NCBI GenBank assembly: GCA_964016885.1
Contig: OZ024764.1
Location: forward strand, 25,978,001 to 26,042,000
Source: Eledone cirrhosa
Taxonomy: Eukaryota
Length of the DNA stretch: 64,000 nucleotides
Direction of reading: 5' to 3'
Shown piece by piece: positions 39,915-52,197 of this stretch. The notes under the pieces are model-generated. The model ran no database searches. It was not told the DNA's origin and was given only the letters and a program-made list of their open reading frames with translations. Position 1 is the stretch's first letter; every line of letters starts with the position of its first letter. The position numbers and the translations under genes are program-made.

Positions 39915-40400
39915 CACCACTGTGTACTAAGTGTAGATTTGGATATCCTTGTTCAGGGCCTTCCTACCATTACTGTGTACTAAGTGTAGCATATTATATC
40001 CTTGTTCAGGGCCTTCCTGACATTACTGTGTACTGAGTGTAGATTTGGGTATCCTTGTTCAGGGCCTTCCTAACATTACTGTATACTAAGTGTAGATTTG
40101 GATATACTTGTTCAGGGCCTTCCTAACATTACTGTGTACTGACTGTAGCATTTTATATCCTAGTTCAGGGCCTTTCTAATACCACTGTGTTCTAAGTGTA
40201 GATTTTGATATCCTTGTTCTGGGCCTTCCTAACATTACTGTGTATTAAGTGTAACTTTCAACATTATCCTTGTTCTGAGCCTTCTTAACACCACTATGTA
40301 TTAAGTGTAGCTTTTAACATCATCCATGTTCAGGGCCTTCCTCACACCACTGTGTATTAAGTGTAGCTTTAACATACTTGTTCAGGGCCTTCATAATACC
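39915..40400. repeat. 53-bp minisatellite, about 9 copies
   Basis: actgtgtactaagtgtagatttggatatccttgttcagggccttcctaacatt at 39919, 39972, 40025 and onward. Confidence 0.92.
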
Positions 40401-40574
40401 AGACTAGGTAATGTGTATATTATATTGTTGCAGGGGAACTAAGTATGTCCTTAAGGTTCTGTAATGTACCCTAGTTGACCTTCATGGTAGCACCAGCCCT
40501 GTATAAAACTGTGATACTTTAAAGTTCAGTAATGTACCAATCTGATGTCTGTACTCTAGCTGGTTGTCTCTCTC

Positions 40575-40965
40575 TCTGTACCCTAGGTGGCCCTATGTCT
40601 CCCTGAGGTCTGTACCCCAGGTGGCCCTATGTCTCCCTGAGGTCTGTACCCTAGGTGGCCCTATGTCTCCCTGAGGTCTGTACCCTAGGTGGCTCTGTGT
40701 CTCCCTGAGGTCTGTACCCTAGGTGACTGGGTGTCTGTCTGAGGTCTGTACCCTAGGTGGCCCTATGTCTCTCTAAGGTCTGTACCCTAGGTGGCTCTGT
40801 GTCTGTCTGAGGTCTGTACCCTAGGTGGCTCTGTGTCTGTCTGAGGTCTGTACCCTAGGTGACTGGTTGTCTCTCTGATGTCTGTACCCTAGGTGGCTCT
40901 GTGTCTCTCTGAGGTCTGTACCCTAGGTGACTCTGTGTCTCTCTGAGGTCTGTACCCTAGGTAGC
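40575..40965. repeat. 34-bp minisatellite, about 12 copies
   Basis: gtaccctaggtggccctatgtctccctgaggtct. Confidence 0.93.
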
Positions 40966-40971
40966 TGTATA

Positions 40972-43900
40972 TAAGGACTAGAACTCTTTAATTAGAATGA
41001 AATAGTAGTATATATGCAATATTTAATACAGAAATTGCTTCAACAAGAATAAATTCATTAATATGAGGGGTATTAGTAGTACATATGCCATATTTAATAC
41101 ATAAATGGCTTCTAAATGCAGATAACTCATTTATTCGATTGAAATAGTAATGTATATCCAATATTTAATACAGATATGGCTTCTACAAGACTAAAACTCA
41201 TTAATATGAGTGGTATTAGTAGATTATATGCCATATTTAATACAGAAATGGGTTCTAAAGGACTAGAACTCTTTAAATGGAATAAAATAGTAGTATATAT
41301 CATATATTTAATACAGAAATGGCTTCTACAGGACTAAAACTAATTAATATGAGGGGTATTAGTAGATTATATGCAATATTTAATACAGAAATTGGTTCTA
41401 AAGGACTAAAACTTTTTAATTTGAATCATATAGTACTATATATGCAATATTTAATACGCAAATGGCTTCTAAATGAAGAGATCTCTTTAATTCGATGGAA
41501 ATATACTCTATATCCAATATTTAATGGCTTCTACGAGACTAAAACTCATTAATATGAGGGTATTAGTAGTGTATATGCGATATTTAATACAGAAATGCTT
41601 TCTAAAGTATAAGAACTCTTTAATTCGAATCAAATACTAGTATATATCCTATATTTAATACAGAAATGGCTTCTAAAAGAATAAAACTCATTAATATGAG
41701 GTGTATTAGTAGATTCTATGCCATATTTAATACAGAAATGGCTTCTAAATGACTAGAACTCTTTAATTCAATTCAAATAGTCGTATATATGCAATATTTA
41801 ATGCAGAAATGGCTTCTACAAGAATAAAACTCATTAATATGAGGGGTATTAGTAGATTATATGTCATATTTACTACAGAAATGGCTTCTGAAGGACTAGA
41901 ACTCTTTAAATCGAATCAAATAGTAGTATATATCGTATATTTAATACAGAAACATCTTCTACAGGATGACAATATATTTGGAAGAAATAGAAGTATATAT
42001 GTAATATTTAATACAGAAATAGTTTCCACAGAGCTAGAAACCAGTAATTCGAAGGAAATAGTAGAGTATACACAATATTTAGTACAGAAATGGCCTCTAA
42101 AATACTAGACCTCTTTAATTTGATGGAAATAGTAGAGTATATGCAATATTTAATAAAGAAATGGCTTCTAAACGAGTAAAACGAATATAATTAGAGGAAA
42201 TGGTAGTATATATGTCATCTTTAATACAGAAATGGCTTCTAAAGCAGTAGAACTCTTTAATTTTAGGGAAACTTTACAGTATATGCAATATTCAATAGAG
42301 AAATGACTGTCAAAGGACTAGAACTAATATATTTGGAGGAAATAGTAGTATATATCTAATATTTAATACAGAAATGGCTTCTGAAACACTAGAACTCTTT
42401 AATTTGAAGGATATTAATAGATCATATGCAATATTTAATACATAAATAGATTCCACAGGGTTCGAACTCATTAATTCGAAGGAAATAGTAGTGTATATGC
42501 AATATTTAATACAGAAACGGCTTCTACACGATTAAAACTAATATATTTGGCGGAAATGGTAGTATGTATCATCATCATCATCATCATCATTTTACGTCCG
42601 CTTTTCCATGCTTGCAAGGGTGGGACAGGAACTGATTCTGGCTTGATTTCTACAGCTGGATGCCCTTCCTAAAACCAACCTCATTTACAGTGAGTGCTGG
42701 GTGCTTTTTTGCTGTGGCACCTCCACAACCACTTTGCAGTGGAATGATATGGACCCCAGTCCATCATCTCCTTTCTACAGCTGAGTAAACTGGAGCAATG
42801 TGAAATAAAGTGTTTTGCTCAAGGAAACAACACATCACCTGGTCTGAGAATTGAACTCACAACCTTTCGATTGCAAGGCCAATGCTCTAACCACTAAGCC
42901 ATGCAATATTTAATACAGAAATGTCTTCTACAGGACTAGAACTTATAATTCAAAGAAAATAGTAGAATAAAAGAGTAAAATTAATATCGTTTGAGGAAAT
43001 AGTAGTATATATGTAATACTTAATAAATAAATGGCTTCTACAGGACTAAAACTCACTGATTTAAAGGATATTAGTAGATTATATGCATACTTAATACGGA
43101 AATGGCTTCTAAAGGACTAAAGCTCATTAATTTAAGGGAAATAGTAGTGTATGTGCAATATTTAATACAGAAATGGCTTCTAAAGGAATAGAACTCTTCG
43201 ATTCGAAGGAAATAGTATATTATATGCAACATTTAATATAGAAAGGGTTTCTAAAGGGCTAAATCTCATTAATTTGAAGGAAATAGTACATTATATGCAA
43301 TATTTAATAGAGAAATGGCTTCTACAGGACGAAAACTCATTAATTCAAAGGATATTAGTAGATTATATGCCATATTTAATACAGAAATGGCTTCTAAAAG
43401 ACTAGAACTCCTCAATTCAAAGGAAATAGTAGATTAAATGCCATATTTAATACAGAAATGGCTGTCAAGAGACTAGAACGAATATATTTGTATATGTGCA
43501 ATATTTAATTCAGAAAAGTCTAGAAAAGGACTAGAAATTTTAATCCAAAGGAAATAGTACATTATATGCCATATTTAATATGGAACCTTTTAATTTGTTG
43601 TAAATAGTAGTATGAAAGCAATATTTAATACAGAAATGGCTTCTACAGGACTAAAACTTTTTAATTTGAAGAGTATTAATAGATTATATGCAATATTTAA
43701 TTCATAAATAGCTTTACAGTGCTACAACTCATTAATTTGAACGAAATAGTAGTGTCTATGCAATATTTAATACAGAAATGACTTCTACAGGGCTGAAACT
43801 CATTAATCTGAAGGGTATTACTAGATTTTATACAATATTTAATACATAAATGGCCTCTAAATTACTAGAACTCTTCCATTCGAAGGAAATAGAAGATTAT

Positions 43901-44955
43901 ATGTCACATGTAATAAGCAAATTGCCTCTAAATGAGTAAAGTTCATTAATTCGAGGGAAATAGTAGTGTATGTGCAATATTTACTTCGAATTAATGAGTT
44001 CTCGCCCTGTGGAATCTATTTACGTATTAAATATTGCATATAATCTATTAATATCCTTCAAATTAAAGAGTTCTAGTGCTTCAGAAGACATTACATATAT
44101 ACCACTATTTCCTGCAAATAGTAGTTCTAGTCCTTTCACAGCCATTTCTGTATTATATATTGCATATACTGTAATATTTCCTTAAAATTAAAGAGTTCTA
44201 GTGCTTTAGAAGCCATTTCTGTATTAAATATTGTGTATACTCTACTATTTCCTTCGAATTACTGGTTTCTAAGTCTTTGGAAGCTATTTCCGTATTAAAT
44301 ATTACATATATACTTCTATTTCCTCCAAATATATTAGTTGTCATCCTGTAGAAGACGTTTCTGTATTAAATATTGCATATATACTACTATTCCCTTTGAA
44401 TTAATGAGTTCTAGCCCTGTGGAAGCTATTTACATATTAAATATTGCATACATACTACTATTTACTACAAATTAATGAGTTCTTGTCCTTAAGAAGCCAT
44501 TTCCATATTTAATATGGCATATAATGTACTATTTTATTTGAATTAAAGTTTCTAGTCCTTTAGAAGCCATTTTTGTATTAAATATTAAACAAAAATTATT
44601 ATTTCCCTCGGCTTAATGAGATTTAATCCTTAAGAAGTCATTTCCGTATTAAATATGGCATATAATCTACAAATACCCTTCAAATTAAAGAGTTCTACTG
44701 CTTTATAAGCCATTTCTTTATTAAATATGACATATATACTACTATTTCCCCCAATTATATTAGTTTTACTCCATTAGAAGCTATTTCTTTATTAAATATT
44801 GCATATACTCTAATATTTCCTTCAAATTGAAGAGGTTTAGTCGTTTACAGATCATTTCTGTATTAAATATTGCATATAATCTAGTAATACAGTTCAAATT
44901 AATGAGTTCTAGCCCTGTAGAAACTATTTATATATTAAATATTGCATATAATCTG
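40972..44955. repeat. 71-72 bp satellite, array 2; orientation flips at about 43983
   Basis: Same consensus as array 1 (tacag at 41241, 41312, 41384). Forward to 43983, reverse complement after; interrupted by a SINE at 42570. Confidence 0.93.
42570..42903 (-). mobile_element. SINE family B inserted in the satellite
   Basis: The satellite unit gtagtatgtat / atgcaatatttaa is split by a SINE-B copy. Confidence 0.9.
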
Positions 44956-45874
44956 ACGATATATTTAATCGATTCCCACGTTCTGTTGGAAATGTTGGAT
45001 AAATATTCTATGGCTGTTTATCTATTATTTCTTCATAGGTGTCTTTTAATCTTATAGCCTAGTTTAATTGGATTTTTGTGTGGTTAATTATGCTGATTGG
45101 GAGAGGAAATGGTGTATATATTTTATCAAATATTTCTATGGACATACTTTATTATATATATATTTATATATTTTTGGAGGCACATGGCTTAGTGGTTAGA
45201 GCATTGGCCTTGCAATCGGTTGTGAGTTCAATTCTCAGACTTGATGTGTTGTTTCCTTGAGCAAAATACTTTATTTCACATTGCTCGAGTTTACTCAGCT
45301 GTACAGATGAGATGATAGGAATGGGGTCCCTATCATTCCACTGTAAAGTGGTCATGGAGGTACCTCGGCAAAACAAAGCACCCAGCCCACACTGTAAAGT
45401 GGACGTGTAGGTGCCACGGCAAAAAAGCACCCAGCACTCACTGTAAATGAGGTTGGTGTTAGGAAGGGCATCCAGCTGTAGAAATCAAGCCAAAATCAGT
45501 TCCCGTCCCACCCTTGCAAGCAAGGAAAAGCGGACTTAAAATGATGATGTTTTTTCAATTTTTAGATAATCTGTGGTCGTGAGTTCAATTTTCACCTCGG
45601 ATTTTCAGAGGTTAAAATAATTTTAAAGTTATTTTTTTTTTGTTATTGCTTTAGTTGCTCAATCGACCAGGGCAATGCTGGGGCAACACATCCAATATAT
45701 TATTTTGTTAATATCGGCCCCAGTACATTAAAGGATTTCTACTTTATATTAGTTTTACAAGACTCAGTTTGTGTTTATATTAAAGGGGAACATAAACATA
45801 TTTTAGATTGAGGAGGGGCATGTAGCAGAAAAGTTTGGCAACAACTGATATATATATATATATATATATATGGT

Positions 45875-45908
<34 letters not shown>

Positions 45909-46059
45909 CATAACATATATATGCAAAAGTTTTATTTAAGATTGTTGGGTTACAACGAGTAAATATTTTATAACTGATATAAAAGCACTCAACAGTTTCT
46001 GGAGTAGGTTTACGATATTAAACAAATGCAAACTATATTTATATTTATAAAACCATATT

Positions 46060-46125
46060 TATTTCGTTATATATATTTCTTGGATATCATATTAAAAATA
46101 TGTTATGCCTTCCTCAGACAAAATA
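46060..46125 (-). ncRNA. Hammerhead motif, left arm of palindrome
   Basis: Reverse complement of 46275-46340; base of stem II is mismatched. Confidence 0.6.
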
Positions 46126-46274
46126 CAATACATAAGCTGTTTTATAAATAATTAGTGACATACCTTGTGATAATGCAACTTCCTTTTAAAAAAACTACCA
46201 AATCAACTTTTTAAAAGGAAGTTGCATTATCACAAGGTATGTCACTAATTATTTATAAAACAGCTTATGTATTG

Positions 46275-46340
46275 TATTTTGTCTGAGGAAGGCATAACAT
46301 ATTTTTAATATGATATCCCAGAAATATATATAACGAAATA
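46275..46340 (+). ncRNA. Hammerhead motif, right arm of palindrome
   Basis: tattttgt-CTGAGGA-aggcataacatatt-ttt-aatatgatatccca-GAAA-tatat-ATA-acgaaata. 8-bp stem I with one G-U; first stem II pair is an A-A mismatch. Confidence 0.7.
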
Positions 46341-46439
46341 AATATGGTTTTATAAATATAAATATAGTTTCCATTTGTTTAATATCATAACATATATAGA
46401 TATATAATATATATATATGCGTGTGTGTGCGCACGCGTG

Positions 46440-46473
<34 letters not shown>

Positions 46474-47110
46474 CACACAAACATGCACATATCCATAAAT
46501 ATATATATATACGTGTGTGTCCTTTCTGCACCATGCCCCTCCTCAATCTAAAATATGTTTATGTTCCCCTTTAATATAAAAATAAACTCCAAAATATAAA
46601 CAAACTTCTCGTAGGTGCTGCCAGATACACGATAACATGTGTAGACGAAGTGTAAACGGAAGTTGGGTCGTATTATATCACTTTAAAATTGGCCCCTATT
46701 ATATTCAAATTAACCCCAGTGTGGCGTGTATCCCTCGTTGGGAATCCCTGATATATAAATATATGTGAGCATGTTGCTTTGACTGCTATTTCTAGCACGT
46801 TTACTGCTGTCCTGTAGAGGCACAACACAAACCGGAAGTGGCAGCCATTAAAAAACTTTGCCTTAAAATCAGTGAAAATATTTTAAACTAGAAAATTTAA
46901 TGTAAACAAACCCGGGTGTTTTTGCCAAGAAAGGTAACTCTTGTCTTGCTTAATCGCAAAAATCGTAAGGAAAATTTTTCGGGTGTGCAGTTGATTTGGG
47001 CTTTTTTGTTGGTATTTGACTGCTATTTCTAGCATGTATGGACACTTTAGAAATAGCAGCGAAAAAAAGCAGAAAGAAGGACACAAACACACACATATAT
47101 ATATATATGT

Positions 47111-47150
<40 letters not shown>

Positions 47151-47691
47151 GTTTCTACTTTTGGCACAAGGCCAGCAATTTACCAGTGTATTACTGGTAC
47201 TTTATTTTATCGACCCCATAAGGATGAAAAGCAAAGTTAACCTCGGCGGGATTTGAACTCAATTGTAATAAAATAAAAAGAACGATTTGTTGTCTTGAGT
47301 GGTCCCCAACCTTTTCTTCTTCAAATTGGCCCCTATTATATACAAATTGCTCCCTGTGGGGCGTATATCCATGATATATATATAATCGTGGGTGTTTGTA
47401 CGTGTATACATACACACAGACACACACACCTATATTACATATAGGTGTGTGTGTGTTTGGATGTTATATATACATATGTGTTTATATATATATATATATT
47501 TATTAAAATAACAGATTAAAGTTTAAGCAAAGAATCGCTGCTTTCACCCTTAACGGGATCTTCTGATTCTTTGCTTAAACTTTAATCTGTTATTTTCTAA
47601 TAAATATTTGCTCTATGGTTCTTATATATTTGATATATATTCATCCATAAGGAGCCTTCTTTGGAATATTAGTCTTCAAATTTATTATTAT

Positions 47692-47737
<46 letters not shown>

Positions 47738-47984
47738 TTAATAATAATATATAATTGGTATAATTTCACCCAAATTGTAGGAATCCTATAATGAAACGAG
47801 ACGTCCGTCTGGGAAGAGATATATTAGATATGTCTCATATGAAATAATACAGCCAATTTTCCACGCAATACTTTTAGTTAGCACCCCGAACGCATAATTG
47901 GGAATATAATCACTTATTTCCTAATGTTTGTTGAGTGAGTTGGAATTTGGCCGGAGTATCGCTAAAAAGCTTTCTCCGATATTG

Positions 47985-48024
<40 letters not shown>

Positions 48025-48074
48025 AGGACAGGCACATGTGTATATACTTGTGTGTGTGTTTGGGTGCTCTCTGT

Positions 48075-48110
<36 letters not shown>

Positions 48111-48113
<3 letters not shown>

Positions 48114-48842
48114 TGATCCCAAACTTTTCTGCACCATGCCCCTCCTCAATCCAAAATATATTTATGTTCCCATTTAATATAAACACAAACTGAGACTTGT
48201 GAAACTAATATAAAGTAGAAATCCTTTAATGTACTGGGGCCGGTATTAACAAGATAATATATTGGAAGTGTTGCCCCAGCATGGCCTTAGTCGAATGAAC
48301 AACTAAAATAATAAAATGCTAGAAATAGCAGTCAAATACCAACAACCAGGACCAAATCAACTGCACACCCGCAAAACTTTTGTCATGATTTTTGCGATTA
48401 AGTAAGACAAGAGTTACCTTTCTTGGCAAAAACACCCGGGTTTGTTTACATTAAATTTTCTATTGTTTAAAATATTTTCACTGATTTTAAGCCAAAGTTT
48501 TTTAATGGCTGCCACTTCCGGTTTGTGTTGTGCCTCTACAGGACAGCAGTAAACCTGCTAGAAATAGCAGTCATAGCAACTCACATATATTTATATATCA
48601 GGGATTCCCAACGAGGGATTCACGCCACACTGGGGTTAATTTGAATATAATAGGGGCCAATTTTAAAGTGATATAATACGACCCAACTTCCGTTTACACT
48701 TCGTCTACACATGTTATCGTGTATCTGGCAGCACCTACGAGAAGTTTGTTTAGATTTTGGAGTTTGCTTTTATATTAAAGGGGAACATAAACATATTTTA
48801 GATTGAGGAGGGGCTTGTAGCAGAAAGGGTTGGGGACCACTG
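48111..48842. mobile_element. hAT-like composite: ~73-bp inverted ends enclosing the promoter-like module
   Basis: cagtgatcccaaac...ttaatataaa (48111-48183) versus tttatattaa...gttggggaccactg (48770-48842). Inner MITE 48599-48842 starts cagggattcccaac. Both flanks are (TA)n. Confidence 0.6.
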
Positions 48843-48847
48843 ATATG

Positions 48848-48883
<36 letters not shown>

Positions 48884-49206
48884 TATATATATTCATATTT
48901 ATATACATTTTTTCCGATGTTCAGATAATCTGTGGTCGTGAGTTCAATTTTCACTTCGGATTTTGAGACGGTAAAATAATTTTTTATTTTTTTTTTTTTT
49001 AGTTTATTGCTTTAGTTGCTCAATAGACGAAGGCCATGCTGGGGCAACACATCCAATATATTATCTTGTTAATATCGGCCCCAGTATATTAAAGAATTTC
49101 TACTTTATATTAGTTTTTTAAGTTCTCGGATTGTTTTTATATTAAAAGGGAACATAAACATATTTTAGATTGAGGAGGGGCTTGTAGCAGAAAGGGTTGG
49201 GGACCA

Positions 49207-49263
<57 letters not shown>

Positions 49264-49361
49264 CAGAGAGAGACGGAGAGAGAGCACCGAAACACACACA
49301 CACATGTATATACACATGTGCGTGTCCTACTTTATATATATATATACACACACACACACAT

Positions 49362-49416
<55 letters not shown>

Positions 49417-49714
49417 TTGGTGCTCTGAAATAGCTATATATATATGTATGTATATATCGTGTATTTTGCAACACACTGTATGCTTAATTAAAGCATTTCG
49501 AAGAACTTATGCTATTGTTTTAGAGTAGTGACAGACTCACTTACTTTTAATTAAGCATACAGTGTATTGCAAAATACACTATATATACATCCATATATAT
49601 ATAGCTATTGCAGAGCACCAATTCTAATTTTCAATTTCTGCTTCACCGGCAACCGCTCTGTATAATCAGTTCCTGATTATTTACTAGAATTCTATAAGAA
49701 CCAAGCATCCATGA

Positions 49715-49805
49715 TTTCTGCAAACAGGAGGAGTAGTTGGCTTTGATAAGCATCAATAAATGCGAAACAGAGCCCTGTCAGCTTTATCTCCCCTGTTTGC
49801 TGAAA
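49715..49805 (+). ncRNA. Full type I hammerhead ribozyme with U3-A8 core
   Basis: gcaaacaggaggagtagttggct-TTGATAA-gcat-caataa-atgc-GAAA-cag-agcc-ct-GTC-agctttatctcccctgtttgc. Long bulged stem I, 4-bp stems II and III, predicted GUC cut after 49779. Confidence 0.85.
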
Positions 49806-50298
49806 ATTAAAGTAAGTGAGTCTGTCACTACTCTAAAACAATAGCATAAGGTCTTCGAAATGCTTTTAATTAAGCATACAGTGTATTGCAAAATACACTA
49901 TATACACATTTATATGTATATATATTAATTAAAATAACAGATTAAAGTTTAAGCAAAGAATCGCTGCTTTCCCTCTTAACGGGATCTTCTGAAACTAAAA
50001 AAAATCAATCTGTGAACGCAGAATTAAATATTTCGAGAAACGTTACAACCGAAGGAAGACAGGAAGACGATACTTTGGTTCGTGGAAAACATTCCCTGTC
50101 AAAGAACGAAAAAAAAACGAAGATAATATGTCATTATTTGGAGCGGTGAAATCAATTACACCCAAAGACAAAGCGATTATTTGCTTAAACTTTAATCTGT
50201 TATTTTAATAAATATTTGCTCTACGGTTCTTATATATCTCATATATATTTATCCTTATCAAGCCCGCTTTGGATTTTAGTCTTCAAATTTATTATTAT

Positions 50299-50357
<59 letters not shown>

Positions 50358-50740
50358 TTAGTTAAGCAAAACAAGACCACAGATTTCACAAGGAAGACAT
50401 TATTAAAAGATTGTCAACATATTTTAGTTTGATGTAAGGAATGTAGGGAATAATAATAATAATATTAATAATAATTGTTTCTACTTTTGGCACAAGGCCA
50501 GCAATTGCCCAATGCATTACTGGTACTTTATTCTATCGACCCCGGAAGGATGAAAGGCAAAGTTAACCTCGGCGGGATTAATAATAATAATGTAATAATG
50601 TAATAATTGTTTCTACTTTAGGCACAAGGCCAACAAATTACCCAGTACATTACTATAATAATAATAATAATAATGTAATAATAATATTAATAATAATAAT
50701 GTAACATTCTTTCCTTATTTTAATTTATATTCCTTTTGAA

Positions 50741-50859
50741 GTTCCGATGAGCTGCTCTATTTCTACCTATGTTAATTATTTTCAACTGAACCAGATCAAT
50801 AATGATATATAATCATTTGATCCAGAAATATTATATGGAGTAACGAGACAATTGTAAAC
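50741..50859 (+). ncRNA. Degenerate hammerhead motif
   Basis: gtt-CCGATGA-gctgctcta...(long loop)...tggagtaac-GAGA-caatt-GTA-aac. Palindromic stem III ACAATTGT; two core mutations. Lies inside the inverted repeat 50353-50470 / 50870-50992. Confidence 0.5.
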
Positions 50860-51304
50860 GGACATTATTATTATTAATATTATTATTATTATTCTCTACA
50901 TTCCTTACATCAAACTAAAATATGTTGACAATCTTTTAATAATGTCTTCCTTGTGAAATTTGTGGTCTTGTTTTGTTTAACTAATGAATATTTCCAGCTC
51001 TGTGCACCTAACCTCTGCATGAACCCAGCCACCTAGCTGCCTTCCACTGCATATTGCACATTGAGCACATGCCTTTACGCTTTGGCTTCTAACTAATTCA
51101 CCAATCTCTCCTTTCCTATCTCCATCTCTCTCTTTAAAATTGGTTACTCTTGAACTGTATATATATATATATATATTTGTGTTCAAGAGAATAGGTGGAG
51201 GGGCGCGTCTGCTAGATTCATTGTGGGTTAAAACGATGTTATTAACCTTTCTGGGTGGGAAATGACAATGGGCTTGGTGGAGTAGTATGGTGGGATGGGG
51301 GAAG

Positions 51305-52197
51305 TAGAGAACACTATCGGTTGGCTAGGAGACAAGTGTACCTTGCAAGAGGGGAAGCAGAGCATAGAAAGTTCAACCATGTTCTACAACACGAGGACCA
51401 AAAACGTGAAGTGTTCAGGATTGCTAGACAATGTGTCAAGGAAAACTGTGATATTGTCAGGGAGAAGTGTATCTGTAATGATGATGGTGTACTTGCCCTC
51501 ACTGATACTGATAAGAAGGTAGCTTGGAAGTGTCACTACGAGGGACTACTAAAAGAGGAGAATAAATGAGAAAAAAATAGTCTGCCCCACATTGATCCAA
51601 TAGAAGGAACAGCGGTGCAAGTTAAAGGTAGTATAATAAGTAAGGCAATCAAAGATATGAAGACAGGCTAGGCAGCTGGGCCTTTGGAGATAGTTGCTGA
51701 GATGTTGAAGGCATCTGGAATGGTGGGACATACTATGGACACCCAGATAGTAAACCAAGTAATACAGAATGGGGTCATACCAAAGGACTGGGGTAGCAGC
51801 ATCATCGTTAACTGCTACAAGAGAAAAGGAGATGCTATAGGTAGGGGGAACTATAGAATCATTAAGGTAGTTGACCAGGACATGAAGGTCACAGAGAGAG
51901 TTATAGTACAACTAATCAGAGACAGAATTGATCTAGATGAAATGCAGTTTGGGTTTGTGTCAGGTAAAAGTACCACAGATGCTCTTTTCCTTGTACGACA
52001 ACTACAGGAGAAGTACCTAGCTAAAAGTAAACCCCTATACTTAGCTTTCCTTGACTTGGAGAAAGCCTTAGACAGAGTCCCCAGCTACATTTTCTGGTGG
52101 ACCCTTAGAAAACTAGGAGTAGATGAATGGCATGTGAGAGCCATGTATAAAGAAACAGTGAGCAAGGTGAGAATTAACAATAAATATAGTGAAGAAA
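51305..52197 (+). mobile_element. RTE LINE ORF2 fragment with stops
   Basis: IPKDWGSSIIVNCYKRKGD, NYR, QFGFVSGKSTTDALFLVRQLQEKY, FLDLEKALDRV. Confidence 0.9.

Larger units (their letters stand above)
44955..47070 (+). repeat. Segmental duplicate of 31975-33610, with an extra HHR hairpin insert at about 45925-46390
   Basis: Collinear near-identical sequence from tgacgatatatttaatcgattcccacg through SINE-B, hAT-like ends and the promoter-like module. Confidence 0.92.

Noticed and set aside
41319-42108. MAST...ISRLY ORFs as a repeat protein
   Set aside because: Chance open frames in the 71-72 bp satellite; the frame is not preserved between units.
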